Positions 35,920 through 46,331 of a stretch of 64,000 nucleotides of DNA are shown here, in pieces. Below the pieces are notes generated by a model, which saw only the letters and a list, made by a program, of their open reading frames with translations, ran no database searches and was not told the origin of the DNA. The stretch lies in the NCBI GenBank assembly GCA_937127125.1, contig CAKZLO010000033.1, positions 69,217 through 133,216 on the forward strand, written 5' to 3'. Source of the DNA: an uncultured Ardenticatenia bacterium. Its GTDB lineage: Bacteria; Chloroflexota; Anaerolineae; 4572-78; NAK82. The position numbers and the translations under genes were made by a program. The stretch's first letter is position 1. Each line of letters begins with the position of its first letter.

Positions 35920-37388
35920 TGCGCAGTCTGTATACCCGGCTTATCGTCAGCCATGTACTGCCAGTAATGGTCGTTGTGCCCATTATGGCTGCCGTGCTGG
36001 TCTATGTGTTGGAGACCCAGGTTGTGCTGACCAGCATTGCCGACGAGCTATCCATGCAGGCGGAATTGCTAGCGCATCTGGCAGCGAGCCAACCTGATAT
36101 ATGGAACGATCAGGCCGAAGCGAACGCGTTTGTGACACGATTTGGCTCGCTAGTGCAGGCACGCATTGCCATTCTGGATGCAAATGGCTATCTAATTGTC
36201 TCAAATGCTACAGACGAGCAAGCGCAGGTTGGATCGGCACAAGATATCATTGGACTGGCCCAGGTACTTGACGGTGGGATATACACTCGTATCAGTACAG
36301 AAAGCTACCTCTATGCCGAGTATGTGCACTATCAGGAATCGGCAGAGGTAGCTGAAGTAATGGCCCCCGTGTGGGGAGCAAACCAGCGCGTTGTGGGGAT
36401 CATTCGTCTGACCAGTCAAATCGGCCATGTTCACGAACGTTTCAAGGGGCTGCGCTTACTGATTGTTGGCACGTTGCTGATTGCACTCGTGCTGAGTGTA
36501 TCATTGGGGTGGGTTCTGGCGCGTGATCTGGCGCGCCAGTTGCACCAGGCGACGCAGATGGTCGAGCTGCTGACGAGTGGTGTTCGGTTGCCTGCGCTTC
36601 CCAAAGGAGGGCTGCATGAAATTCGGCGGCTACTACTCTCCGTCGACGCGTTAAGCGCACGGCTAAACGCTGTCGAAGAGGCGCGACGTCAGCTGCTTGC
36701 CAACTTGGTGCACGAGCTCGGCCGGCCGTTAGGTGCATTGCGTTCGGCTATCCAGGCCTTGCGTGGTGGTGCGCATAAAGATCCAGTTCTTGGGCAGGAG
36801 CTATTGCTTGGCATGGATGAAGAAATCGGCCGCCTGGAACGGTTGCTGGACGATCTGGCGCACCTATATGATCAAGCAGTTGGCAAGGCGGAGCTCAATT
36901 ATCAACAGATCCCGCTGGCGGAATGGTTGGTTAATCTGCTCGTTCCGTGGCGTGAGGCAGCTCAGGCGCGTGGCCTGCGGTGGCAGACTGAAATCCCTCA
37001 AGAACTCCCTATGTTTGTCGCCGATCCAGACCGGCTTGCGCAGGCGCTTGGTAACTTGTTAAGCAATGCGACCAAATATACTCCCTCTGGCGGCAGTATC
37101 ACGGTTTCAGCAGGCACGGATAACGGTAAAGTGTGGATCGAGGTTCGCGACACTGGCATCGGTATAGACCCCGACGAACTGGAGGCTATATTTGAGCCAT
37201 TCTATCGAGGACAGCGTACACACCACTTGCCGCGTGGAATGGGCCTCGGCCTGACCATCGCGCGTGACCTGGTCACCGCCCACGGTGGCACGCTGGAAGT
37301 TCACAGCACACCTGGCCATGGGAGCAGATTCGTCATTCGCCTCCCTCTCCAAAAATCGCAGCAACTTATTCCCCATCTTTCTGCTTAA
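35916..37388 (+). CDS. Sensor histidine kinase (TM-sensor-HAMP-HisKA-HATPase)
   Basis: ATGA overlap with the response regulator. H-box LVHELGRPLGAL, N-box LSNATKYTP, DTGIGI, GMGLGL. Confidence 0.88.
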   Translation: MMRSLYTRLIVSHVLPVMVVVPIMAAVLVYVLETQVVLTSIADELSMQAELLAHLAASQPDIWNDQAEANAFVTRFGSLVQARIAILDANGYLIVSNATDEQAQVGSAQDIIGLAQVLDGGIYTRISTESYLYAEYVHYQESAEVAEVMAPVWGANQRVVGIIRLTSQIGHVHERFKGLRLLIVGTLLIALVLSVSLGWVLARDLARQLHQATQMVELLTSGVRLPALPKGGLHEIRRLLLSVDALSARLNAVEEARRQLLANLVHELGRPLGALRSAIQALRGGAHKDPVLGQELLLGMDEEIGRLERLLDDLAHLYDQAVGKAELNYQQIPLAEWLVNLLVPWREAAQARGLRWQTEIPQELPMFVADPDRLAQALGNLLSNATKYTPSGGSITVSAGTDNGKVWIEVRDTGIGIDPDELEAIFEPFYRGQRTHHLPRGMGLGLTIARDLVTAHGGTLEVHSTPGHGSRFVIRLPLQKSQQLIPHLSA

Positions 37389-37440
37389 GCATATCTTAAG
37401 CTTTTCTTGGGATTCCCTTAAGGACTGGTAGCATCAATGG

Positions 37441-37449
37441 TGGTATAAT
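37441..37449 (+). promoter_or_regulatory. Extended -10 element upstream of htrA
   Basis: TGgTATAAT lies 75 nt upstream of the htrA ATG. No good -35. Confidence 0.35.
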
Positions 37450-37523
37450 ATTGGGTGATAAAGATGCCCAGACGATGGGCGTCTGTTTGAACAGTAAAGA
37501 AGGGAATTGGAGGTTAGCACGTT

Positions 37524-39146
37524 ATGGCAGAGAAAACGATACGTTTGCTGAAACGATCGGGATGGATTTTCATTTTAGTGCTGGTGAGCTTGCTGGTACT
37601 GTCCAGCGCAGGTATGTATGGGACATGGGCGCAGTCGGCCTCCCCGCCTGCCACGACCCCGGTGCCTGTGCCCGGCTTGGGAGAAATTGCTGCCTTCCAA
37701 GCAGCGATGGAAGCTATTTACGAGCAGGTTAATCCCTCGGTGGTCAGCATCCAAGTGGTGCAGAAGGAGACAATATCTCCACAGGATTTTCCTGATCTGT
37801 TCCCCTTCTTTGGGATGCCTGACATGCCCCGCGAGTTCTACAGTCGTGGTGCCGGCTCCGGATTCGTGTGGGATACGCAGGGACATATCGTCACCAACAA
37901 TCATGTGGTGCAGGGCGCTGACAAGATCACTGTCACCTTCTGGGATGGTACCACCCTCTCGGCCCAGATTGTAGGCACCGACCCGGACAGCGATCTGGCT
38001 GTGATCAAAGTGGAGAATGTTCCTGCTGGGCTGCTCAAGCCTGTCACGCTGGCCGATTCAACACAGCTCAAGGTGGGACAGCTGGCAGTCGCCATCGGCA
38101 ATCCATTCGGTTTGCAGGGAACAATGACAGTGGGGTTCATCAGCTCGCTGGGCCGTCTGCTGCCCACTGGCTCCGACAGCCCCCAAGGAGCAGGCTATAG
38201 CATCCCCGACGTGATCCAGACCGATGCGCCCATCAATCCGGGTAACTCGGGTGGCGCGCTGGTGGATTACCAAGGTCGCGTGATCGGTGTGACCACGGCG
38301 ATCATTTCGCCAGTGCGCGCTTCGGCCAGCATCGGCTTCGCAGTGCCCTCAGTGATTGTGCAGAAGGTGGTGCCGGTGCTGATTACCCAGGGCAAATATG
38401 AGCATCCATGGCTGGGCATCAGTGGCACCTCGCTCAATCCCGACCTTGCCCAGGCAATGGGCCTGGAACCCAATCAACGTGGTGCGTTGGTCGTGGACGT
38501 GGTGCCCGGCGGCCCGGCGGACAAAGCTGGCCTCAGAGGGAGTGATCGTGAGGTGGAGATTGATGGCGAAACTGCCCGCATCGGAGGTGACGTGATCATT
38601 GCTATCAACGGTCAACCGGTGAAGGCGTTCGATGATGTGGTCACCTATCTGGCGCGCTTTACCGAGGTGGGGCAGAGCCTGAATCTGACCGTGTTGCGCG
38701 GCGGTGCCCAGCAGACGTTGCAGGTCACCCTCGTCGCACGTCCCACTGAGCGGACTGAGGAGGGCAGAGCACAACGCCCGCCCAGCGGTGCACGCGGCGG
38801 CGCCTGGTTGGGCATCACAGGTCAGACGATGACGCCCGATCTGGCAGAAGCAATGAATCTGCCCTCTAACCAGACCGGAGTACTGGTGGTGCGCCTTCAG
38901 GCGAATGGTCCGGCGGACCGAGCTGGGCTGCGTGGGAGTTACAAGCCGGTTATCATCAACGGCCAACGAGCTTTGGTGGGTGGCGATGTAATCACCGCTT
39001 TCGATGATAAACCGGTTACCAGTATGGAGGATTTACTAGGCTACCTGAATCAGGCGCAGCCGGGTGATCGGGTTGAGCTCACAATCCTCCGGAATGGGGA
39101 GCAAATGCGATTGACCGTGACACTGGGAGAGCGCCCTGTTCCTTGA
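37524..39146 (+). CDS. HtrA/DegP-family serine protease with two PDZ domains
   Basis: Signal/TM anchor, catalytic triad context HIVTNNHVV...DSDLAVIK...GNSGGALV, and two PDZ-like segments. Confidence 0.9.
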   Translation: MAEKTIRLLKRSGWIFILVLVSLLVLSSAGMYGTWAQSASPPATTPVPVPGLGEIAAFQAAMEAIYEQVNPSVVSIQVVQKETISPQDFPDLFPFFGMPDMPREFYSRGAGSGFVWDTQGHIVTNNHVVQGADKITVTFWDGTTLSAQIVGTDPDSDLAVIKVENVPAGLLKPVTLADSTQLKVGQLAVAIGNPFGLQGTMTVGFISSLGRLLPTGSDSPQGAGYSIPDVIQTDAPINPGNSGGALVDYQGRVIGVTTAIISPVRASASIGFAVPSVIVQKVVPVLITQGKYEHPWLGISGTSLNPDLAQAMGLEPNQRGALVVDVVPGGPADKAGLRGSDREVEIDGETARIGGDVIIAINGQPVKAFDDVVTYLARFTEVGQSLNLTVLRGGAQQTLQVTLVARPTERTEEGRAQRPPSGARGGAWLGITGQTMTPDLAEAMNLPSNQTGVLVVRLQANGPADRAGLRGSYKPVIINGQRALVGGDVITAFDDKPVTSMEDLLGYLNQAQPGDRVELTILRNGEQMRLTVTLGERPVP

Positions 39147-39177
39147 TCCCTTGAGCGGTTGAGCTCTTGAGGCTGCT

Positions 39178-39229
39178 TTGTCCCCTCGTCCTCTATCGCT
39201 TAGCAAAAGGGCGAGGGGACAAGCTTTTT
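39178..39229. terminator. Bidirectional terminator between htrA and nnr
   Basis: TTGTCCCCTCG (39178-39188) pairs with CGAGGGGACAA (39212-39222), followed by GCTTTTT. The upstream side is A/T-poor, so it works best for the + strand. Confidence 0.6.
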
Positions 39230-40907
39230 ACTCGAGGAATCCTCTCAGGCGCTTGATCGCCAGAGGAAGGAAGTTCGGTAGATCGGCAGCGCCTACGCCC
39301 ACTTCGTACATCATCTCGCGGGCGAGCTCGCCAGCTAACCCGTGGAGATAGCCTCCCACCACGGCGGCTTCAAATGGTGGCAATCCTTGCGCACGCATTG
39401 CAACCACTGCGCCTGCCAGCACATCTCCGCTGCCGGCTGTGGCCAGCGCCGGATTCGCAAATGGTAAGACTACCATACGCCCTCCTGGTTCTGCTACCAG
39501 GCTGTATGCTCCCTTTAGGAGCACCACGTGACCCCAATGTGCTGTCATCTCAGTAACATATCCGATGCGGTCCGCCACCACTTCCTGGGTCTCACAACCG
39601 ATCAGGCGCGCCATCTCGCCCGGGTGGGGAGTGAGAATGCTCATGGGTGGCAGGAGACGCCACCACTGATCCATCTTGGCCAATAGATTTAGGCCGTCAG
39701 CATCCACCACAAGAGGTGGCAATGAGCTGCCTGGCTCGTTGCTTTCGTTCTCTTCCCTGTGCAAGAACCCGACCCGACGCCTGCTCGCTGCCTGAGCACC
39801 CCCTAGTAGATCACCCAAGAATTCTGCAGTGGGCTTCTCCTGGGTCAGCCCTGGCCCGATCAACAATGCGTCGTACCCGCTCATCTTCTCTGTGAGCACA
39901 CGCACTGCGTCTGGAGCGATCACCCCCATATCGTGGGATAGTAGTATGTAGGTGGCCTCTACGAGGTGGGCAGCCACAGTCGAGTGAATAGCCTCCGGGA
40001 GAGCCAGCGTTACCAACCCGGTGCCGGCGCGTACTGCTGCATAGGCTGCCAGCTGGGGAGCACCAGTGTAATTCACCGAGCCGGCGACGATCAGTGCCTT
40101 GCCAAAGGTGCCCTTGTTGGCATCGGCAGGACGCTCTGGCAGCAGGGAAGCTACCAGCGCAGGGGTGGCCATCTCCATCCTGATATGGTCGCTGAGCGCG
40201 GCAGGGATGCCGATGTCGGCGACGATCAGCTTTCCAATTGCCCTCACCCCTGGCGAAAGGATATGACCGCGCTTGACGGCTGCCATAGTCACAGTCAGGT
40301 CAGCATAGAGAGTTGCAGGATCAATTGCTCCTGTGTCGCTGTTCAGCCCAGTGGGCACGTCCACTGCTACTACCACAGGCGCAGAGATCTCAGGTGCTCC
40401 TTCCGATGGGGCACACAAGGCGGCATCGCGCGGCCGGCGACGTTCGTCCAGTGCCTCACGCACTGCTCGCAACATGCGTTCCAGCTCACCTTTGATCGGA
40501 CGTACGTTGCCGGTGCCCAAAAGGGCATCCACAATGACGTCGCTTCGGGCTACCAATTGGCGTAAGGTCGTCAGCTCCTGATCATCGGAGAGCCATGTCA
40601 CCGGGAGGTTTTTCTGGCGAGCTAGCTCCCAGTTCTTGTCATCTCTTGTTTCGCGTTTCCAGACATATAGATGGACTGCGGCGCCCATATCTGCCAGGTA
40701 ACGCGCCGCGACCAATCCATCGCCACCGTTGTTGCCGGGTCCTACTAGCACCAGGATGCTGGCATCCTTTGCCCCTATCCACTCCTCGATCGCCTGGGCA
40801 ACAGCACGGCCAGCGTTTTCCATCATCTGGTCAAATGTGACTCCGCTGGCGTCTGCTGTGGTCTCGATCTGACGCATCTCTTCCGTTGTGACGACCTTGA
40901 TGCTCAT
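39228..40907 (-). CDS. nnr: Bifunctional NAD(P)H-hydrate repair enzyme (epimerase/ADP-dependent dehydratase)
   Basis: Start moved to ATG 40907 (SD AGAGGG). N-terminal YjeF_N LVLVGPGNNGGDGLV. C-terminal kinase-like GKALIVAGS...GSGDVLAG. Confidence 0.85.
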   Translation of the reverse strand: MSIKVVTTEEMRQIETTADASGVTFDQMMENAGRAVAQAIEEWIGAKDASILVLVGPGNNGGDGLVAARYLADMGAAVHLYVWKRETRDDKNWELARQKNLPVTWLSDDQELTTLRQLVARSDVIVDALLGTGNVRPIKGELERMLRAVREALDERRRPRDAALCAPSEGAPEISAPVVVAVDVPTGLNSDTGAIDPATLYADLTVTMAAVKRGHILSPGVRAIGKLIVADIGIPAALSDHIRMEMATPALVASLLPERPADANKGTFGKALIVAGSVNYTGAPQLAAYAAVRAGTGLVTLALPEAIHSTVAAHLVEATYILLSHDMGVIAPDAVRVLTEKMSGYDALLIGPGLTQEKPTAEFLGDLLGGAQAASRRRVGFLHREENESNEPGSSLPPLVVDADGLNLLAKMDQWWRLLPPMSILTPHPGEMARLIGCETQEVVADRIGYVTEMTAHWGHVVLLKGAYSLVAEPGGRMVVLPFANPALATAGSGDVLAGAVVAMRAQGLPPFEAAVVGGYLHGLAGELAREMMYEVGVGAADLPNFLPLAIKRLRGFLE

Positions 40908-41280
40908 TTTGCCCTCTGTTGTCGCAGTACTCTGTCCAACCACGTTTTGCATTGCTGTGAAGTATCAGGAGGTTGAGCAACATCACTGCTAGCGCGAGTA
41001 TAGCACGTGCCCTTACCCGGTGCAAAGGATGCAGGGAATCGCTCTTTCTGACCTGTCGTTTAGGAGAGGGAGGTGAATCTCCTTTTTATGCCTGTGAGCG
41101 CGTGCAAGAAAACCAGGCGCTGTCAGGGAGACGCAATGGACCATCCGGCAAGCCCGGTGCATGACGAACTTTTACACATTTCTAATACAACACTTGTGTG
41201 ATTCTAACGGCTTCGTAGTATGGTCAAAAGTGAACAATGAAGTGATAACAAGCAGCGAATAAGAAAGGAGGTGTCTGGCT

Positions 41281-41736
41281 ATGGCAGACCTGGTACGGTG
41301 GGATCCCTTCCGCGAGATGATTTCGTTGCGCGAGGCGATGAACCGGCTGTTTGAGGAGAGCTTCGTCTCACCCTTGGGCACCCAGTTGTGGCGCCGCGAG
41401 GGGGTCGAGCCGCTCGCGATGGACATCTACGAGACTGACAACGACCTGGTGGTCGAGACTTCGTTGCCCGGCGTCAAACCCGAAGAGGTGGACATCTCCG
41501 TGGTGGGCAACACGCTGACCATCAAGGCGGAGAGCAAGAAGGAAGAGGAAAAAGAAGAGAAGGGCAAGTATTACTGCCGCGAGCGTCGCTATGGCCTCTT
41601 CCAGCGCAGCGTCTCGCTGCCGGTAGAGGTTGATCCGAACAGGGCCGAGGCTGTGTTCGAGAATGGGGTGCTCAAGCTGACGCTGCCGAAGACCGAAGCT
41701 CAGAAGCCGCGCAAGATCGCCATCAAGAAGTCGTAA
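41281..41736 (+). CDS. Hsp20/alpha-crystallin small heat-shock protein
   Basis: SD AAAGGAGGTG. DIYETDNDLVVETSLPGVKPEEVDISV...FENGVLKLTLPK. Confidence 0.92.
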   Translation: MADLVRWDPFREMISLREAMNRLFEESFVSPLGTQLWRREGVEPLAMDIYETDNDLVVETSLPGVKPEEVDISVVGNTLTIKAESKKEEEKEEKGKYYCRERRYGLFQRSVSLPVEVDPNRAEAVFENGVLKLTLPKTEAQKPRKIAIKKS

Positions 41737-41761
41737 TCGCTCCGTTGCCGCTCAAGTTGGC

Positions 41762-41796
41762 GGGGAGACCACCAGCGTGGTCTCCCCGTTTTTTTG
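41762..41796 (+). terminator. Intrinsic terminator after hsp20
   Basis: GGGGAGACCAC (41762-41772) pairs with GTGGTCTCCCC (41777-41787), followed by GTTTTTTT. Confidence 0.85.
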
Positions 41797-41854
41797 TGTG
41801 TCGCGTTGTCAGCGCGGACTCATGATGAATTTGAGGGTGGATCCTCAGATGGGA

Positions 41855-43480
41855 CTATTCCCTCGTCTCGAAAGAAGATTCACCGCCTAAGAGATGGCGC
41901 AGGATAAGCGCATGGATCACCTGCTCCACCGGCGCCAGATCATCAGTGAAGGGCGCCAGACACCCTTCCACCGGCACAGTGGTTGCATTGGCGCTGGCGG
42001 GCAACCATGTTACCCCGTTAGCACACCGCACTTCCCATATTGGTGCTGCCAGGGAACGTGCAGCTACCTCGCGCAGCAAAGGGTTGTCCATCAGGGCAAC
42101 ATTGTGGCCCAAATTGGTGGCGTGCGCTGGCTGTACGGTTGCTATTACCAGGCTATTGCCCGTGAAACACCCGAAGCCGGGTTCGTCCAATACAAACACG
42201 CTGGGAAAGACTGTCTTCATTGTGCTCGCGAGAGCATTGACCAGAGCATAGTCTGTCTCCGACCGTGCTGCATTCACGGCCACTACTCCATCTGGCGTCA
42301 AATGGTCGCGCGCCAGCTGGAAGAACTCCACCGTGGTCAGATGAAACGGGATGTAAGGCGGCCGGTAGGCGTCCACTGCGATCACTGTATAACGCTTTTC
42401 GCTCTTGCTCAGGTAGTAGCGCCCATCAGCAGCAATGGCGTTCAGGTTAGGCTGGTTCATCGCGAACCAGCGGCGGCCCACGGCGATGATTGCGGGGTCG
42501 ATCTCGACACCGTCTATTGGGATGTCCCCGTATACCGCTGTGTACTGCGTCGAGACAGTGCCTGCTGCCAGCCCGATCAGGAGCAGGCTATGCATGCGAT
42601 CAGCCGAATAAGGGGGTGGATTGAAGTAAGGCGCTATCAGGAAGTAATCCCAGATGCCTCCTGACAGCGCTGCATTGGGGTTGTACACCGAATGGATGCC
42701 AAGGCCCTCGTTCAACTGCAGCCAATAACTGTCGCCGCTGCGGGTCACCCGGATGTAGTTGTACATTGACTCGGTCTCAAAAACGGTGTCTTCTTCTGCC
42801 CGGATCGGCTGCGCGTTCCAGAAAAGCGCCAGCAGAATGACCAGCACTGGCATCCAGAGATATCGCAGTGTCAATCGACGCGAACGACGCCATAGGCCAG
42901 TTAAACTGATCGCCAGCAGAAGCAGGGAGAAGAAAAGGAATGTGCGTCGTGTGCCCAGGTTAGGAATAAGCACCAACACTGGCAGGAAAGTACCCAGAAT
43001 ACTGCCCACCGTGCTCAGCGCATAAATGCTGCCCGCCACGTTTCCACTGTGTTGCACGTCGCGCACCGCCAGGCGGATAGCAAAAGGGGACACGCATCCT
43101 AACAGAGTCACGGGCACGCTGAACAGAACAAGCACCCCCACAAAGGAGCCAAGTAGCACACCTATGTCGAGATAGATCAGACCCTGCGCGCTCCAACGCA
43201 GAATGGGCCCTGCTGCCAGGGGGATGATCCCCACCCCGAAGGCTGCCCAGGCACAGATCTGATACAGAGTGGTCTCGCGCGGATCGCGGTCGGCCCAACG
43301 CCCCCCAATCCAGTAACCGAGTGAAAAATAGATGAGCACCAACCCTATCAGGTTGGCCCATACCACGATCGAGTTGCCAAAAAACGGATCGAGAAGGCGA
43401 GCCGCGGCCAGCTCGACACCCAGTCCGGTCATCCCAGCGGTGAAAACGGTCAACAGCAAGCTACCATTACGTCGCAGCAA
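41855..43480 (-). CDS. Fused polytopic membrane domain / spermidine synthase-like methyltransferase-fold protein
   Basis: TTG start. ~7 N-terminal TM helices, then LLLIGLAAGTVSTQY...VEIDPAII...VIAVDAY (aminopropyltransferase/SAM-MTase-fold pattern). Confidence 0.75.
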   Translation of the reverse strand: MLRRNGSLLLTVFTAGMTGLGVELAAARLLDPFFGNSIVVWANLIGLVLIYFSLGYWIGGRWADRDPRETTLYQICAWAAFGVGIIPLAAGPILRWSAQGLIYLDIGVLLGSFVGVLVLFSVPVTLLGCVSPFAIRLAVRDVQHSGNVAGSIYALSTVGSILGTFLPVLVLIPNLGTRRTFLFFSLLLLAISLTGLWRRSRRLTLRYLWMPVLVILLALFWNAQPIRAEEDTVFETESMYNYIRVTRSGDSYWLQLNEGLGIHSVYNPNAALSGGIWDYFLIAPYFNPPPYSADRMHSLLLIGLAAGTVSTQYTAVYGDIPIDGVEIDPAIIAVGRRWFAMNQPNLNAIAADGRYYLSKSEKRYTVIAVDAYRPPYIPFHLTTVEFFQLARDHLTPDGVVAVNAARSETDYALVNALASTMKTVFPSVFVLDEPGFGCFTGNSLVIATVQPAHATNLGHNVALMDNPLLREVAARSLAAPIWEVRCANGVTWLPASANATTVPVEGCLAPFTDDLAPVEQVIHALILRHLLGGESSFETRE

Positions 43481-43595
43481 GAAGCCACCTCATTCGTGGG
43501 CGGGATCAGGTATCAGGGAAGGGGTGAGCACAATAGATTTCTCATGGTCCTTGGACAATTGGTAATGCTCACGGGACACGCGCCACGCCAAGTAT

Positions 43596-44288
43596 CTATG
43601 TTATGGAAAAACGGTAGCCAATACCCCGTTCGGTGAGAATAAAACGTGGTCTGTGTGGATCTTGTTCGATTTTGCAGCGCAATCTCCAGACATACCATTT
43701 GACGTTGTCATCGTTGGCCTTTGACTCATAAGACCAGACATTGTCAAAGACTGTCTGGGTGGGCAGAACGCGTCCGGCGTTCTCCGCCATGAAGAGCAAC
43801 ATACGGTATTCAGTGGGGGTAAGCTTCACGGGCTTGCCGTAGGCGATCACACGACGCCCTGTTGTGTCGATGATGAGGTCGCCTCCACCGAAGCGCATTT
43901 GTGCATCTTGGTACACCGGTGCCCGTTGGGAGCGACGCAACACAGCACGGATGCGTGCCAGAAGCTCTGCGGCCTGGAAAGGCTTGACCACGTAGTCATC
44001 CGCCCCGGCATTAAGTCCTCGCACAACGTCCGCCTTGTCTCCTAAGCCGGTCAGCATAATGATCGGTACGTTAGAGACCTTTCTGAGATAACGACATATT
44101 TCCCAGCCTGAAACACCTGGCATTCTCAGGTCGAGAATTACAAGGTGAGGTTGCACGCGATGAAATTCCTGTTGGGCAGCTGCGCTGTCATCCACTAAGT
44201 ATGTCTGGAAGCCTTCTGGCTCAAGCACCCGCCGAATGTGCTCGAGGGTCAGAAGGTCATCATCAATCACCATAATCCTTTCCGGCAT
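43596..44288 (-). CDS. OmpR-family response regulator (no adjacent kinase)
   Basis: Trimmed to ATG 44288 (SD AGGAGG). IMVIDDD...HLVILDLRMPGVSG...VVKPF. wHTH LTPTEYRMLLFMA...RGIGYRF. Confidence 0.88.
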   Translation of the reverse strand: MPERIMVIDDDLLTLEHIRRVLEPEGFQTYLVDDSAAAQQEFHRVQPHLVILDLRMPGVSGWEICRYLRKVSNVPIIMLTGLGDKADVVRGLNAGADDYVVKPFQAAELLARIRAVLRRSQRAPVYQDAQMRFGGGDLIIDTTGRRVIAYGKPVKLTPTEYRMLLFMAENAGRVLPTQTVFDNVWSYESKANDDNVKWYVWRLRCKIEQDPHRPRFILTERGIGYRFSIT

Positions 44289-44339
44289 CAAAAATCCTCC
44301 TACAATGCCGGACAACTTACCACCGTCTCCCTATAATGG

Positions 44340-44367
44340 ATTGTATAACTGCCGTTATAGGTGTCAA
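44340..44367 (-). promoter_or_regulatory. Promoter of the orphan response regulator
   Basis: On the minus strand: TTGACA (44367-44362), 16-nt spacer, TACAAT (44345-44340). Confidence 0.5.
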
Positions 44368-44679
44368 GTGCAATGTGCTGTCGGTCGCGTTTCGCCTGGA
44401 TTGATGCTCCTTGCCCCTGCACAAAAGTGCTGGGCTGAAGCTCGCGTGCTGTACGGGCCGGGATCCGACAATCCGGGGTAAATGTGCGGTTGCTGACAGG
44501 TGGAACAAGCACCATGTGCCAGCACCCACAAAGGGTGGACACAGGCACCATCGAGGCCAATGCGTGAGGCTACCAGGCTTCTGGACAGCAGAAATTGGTT
44601 GCCCAGGCTCACCCTCTATCTGTGAGAAGATCTCGAGGTATGCAAAGGGTCTCTGTGCGGTGGAAAGCGCGTCACCGAT

Positions 44680-45336
44680 CTATGGCAGGCCGGTGACTTT
44701 GATCCCGGCCCCATCCGCATTGTAGCGCTTGTTGATGCCGATCAGAATAGCAGTCAGCCCCTCGACCACCACCGCATTCTGCAGTGGCCCGGCGTCGAGG
44801 CCTCGCATGCCGGCCGCCTCTGCCAGTGCGATCGCCTCGGCCTTGGCGTCCTTGTCATCGCCGCACACCAACACGTCGCACTCCACTGGATCATCCAGAT
44901 TACTCAGATGGGTGGCGCTGACATTCTGGAAGGCGCACACGACGCGCACCGCATCGCCTAACAGCGCCTGCGCCTCGGCTGTGGCGCTGCCGCCGGGTGG
45001 AATGTGTACCCGGCTGACCTTGGGTGGCTGCAATGGCACGGTAACATCTACCAGGACCTTGCCCGCCAGTTGCGTTCGAATGCTCTCCAGCGTTGCGGAG
45101 TGGGCGTTGTAGGGCACCGTGAGCACGACGATGTCAGCTGTTGCCGCCGCCTCCGCGTTGAGCATACCTTCCACCAGAGGCGCTCCCAGACGCGCATTGA
45201 GGGATTCGGCGACGGCGTGTGCCTTGGCTGCCTCACGCGAACCAATGATGACTCGATAACGACCCGATTTCGCCCAGCGCAGAGCGAGACCAGGGCCTTG
45301 GTGGCCTGTTCCGCCAATGATTGCAACAGTCTTCAT
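44680..45336 (-). CDS. NADPH-dependent F420 reductase (NpdG/FNO-like)
   Basis: MKTVAIIGGTGHQGPGLALRWAKSGRYRVIIGSREAAKA and overall ~218-aa length fit the F420:NADP oxidoreductase family. Confidence 0.75.
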   Translation of the reverse strand: MKTVAIIGGTGHQGPGLALRWAKSGRYRVIIGSREAAKAHAVAESLNARLGAPLVEGMLNAEAAATADIVVLTVPYNAHSATLESIRTQLAGKVLVDVTVPLQPPKVSRVHIPPGGSATAEAQALLGDAVRVVCAFQNVSATHLSNLDDPVECDVLVCGDDKDAKAEAIALAEAAGMRGLDAGPLQNAVVVEGLTAILIGINKRYNADGAGIKVTGLP

Positions 45337-45424
45337 TGTTCTTCTCCCAGAATGGTTTGATCGGCAAAGCGATGATGATCAGCCGCCTGGCAGCCCCTGT
45401 AACAGTTCATCGCGCCCATGCCCC

Positions 45425-46297
45425 TTAGTGTTCTTGACGCAGAAGGAACAATCCACCCAGGCCGTCGGCCACGTAAACGAGATCGTTCGCCACGGCCACA
45501 GCCCAGGCAGTGCCCGGGGTGTTAATAGCTTCAGTCTCGACCGGCAGCGTCGGGTTGGCTGCGTTGATGACACACAGGCCGTCAGAACCTGTAGCTATGT
45601 AGATGGTGTTGTCCACAGCTACTATGTCCTCGATCCCTGCACCGCCGGTCGGGTCAACCATGCCCACCTCACGAGGTGTAGTCGGGTCACTTACGTCCAC
45701 CACCAGCAAACCGGCATAGCACGTCCCATCGCGGCACACGTTCTGGGCAACGTATGCATGATCTCCGTACACTTTCACCTTTTGGGCAGAGCCGGGGACC
45801 TCCATAACGCCAGCCAGAGAGGCATACTCTGGCTGGGCAATGTCGACAATTTGCAGCCTGGTGTCGCCAGCGGTATAGGCATAGTGCCCGGCGATGGCAA
45901 CACCCAGAGCCGGGGTTTCCAGGAATGTTACGGCACGAGGAGATGTTGGCTGTCTCAAGTCAACCAACCAGAAACCGGCCGATTGAGCTGCTACGCCGGC
46001 GTAGGGGCCGTCGGGCGTCAGCGCGATGTCTTGCACCATGTCATGAAACACGATGTAACCAACTCGCATATCTGAGTTCGCGGTGGCCGGATCCAACACT
46101 GCAAGTTCGGGGCCACTCCCGAGGTAGAGGTAGCCCGCGTGTGCTACGAGCACGTTTGGGGTGCCCCCCAGATGGCCCGCCACACCGAAACTCTCTGCAA
46201 AAGCGACACCAGTCGATATTTGGGCGAGGACGGCGAGTCCCATGACACCGCTAACCAGCAACCTGAGTGCATAAGGAAAGATACGAGATCGCATCAT
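45425..46297 (-). CDS. Secreted LVIVD-repeat beta-propeller protein
   Basis: Signal peptide plus repeated motifs GFWLVDLRQPTSP, RLQIVDIAQPE, GLLVVDVSDPTTP, GLCVINAANPTLP. Confidence 0.75.
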   Translation of the reverse strand: MMRSRIFPYALRLLVSGVMGLAVLAQISTGVAFAESFGVAGHLGGTPNVLVAHAGYLYLGSGPELAVLDPATANSDMRVGYIVFHDMVQDIALTPDGPYAGVAAQSAGFWLVDLRQPTSPRAVTFLETPALGVAIAGHYAYTAGDTRLQIVDIAQPEYASLAGVMEVPGSAQKVKVYGDHAYVAQNVCRDGTCYAGLLVVDVSDPTTPREVGMVDPTGGAGIEDIVAVDNTIYIATGSDGLCVINAANPTLPVETEAINTPGTAWAVAVANDLVYVADGLGGLFLLRQEH

Positions 46298-46331
46298 TTT
46301 TGTACCGCTCTCTTCCCGTAATCAGCGACGA

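Noticed and set aside
41062-41087. Hairpin AGGAGA..TCTCCT followed by TTTTT in the nnr/hsp20 divergent region
   Set aside because: The stem is only 6 bp with a 10-nt loop, and no + strand gene lies upstream to terminate. It is insufficient to call a terminator or sRNA.
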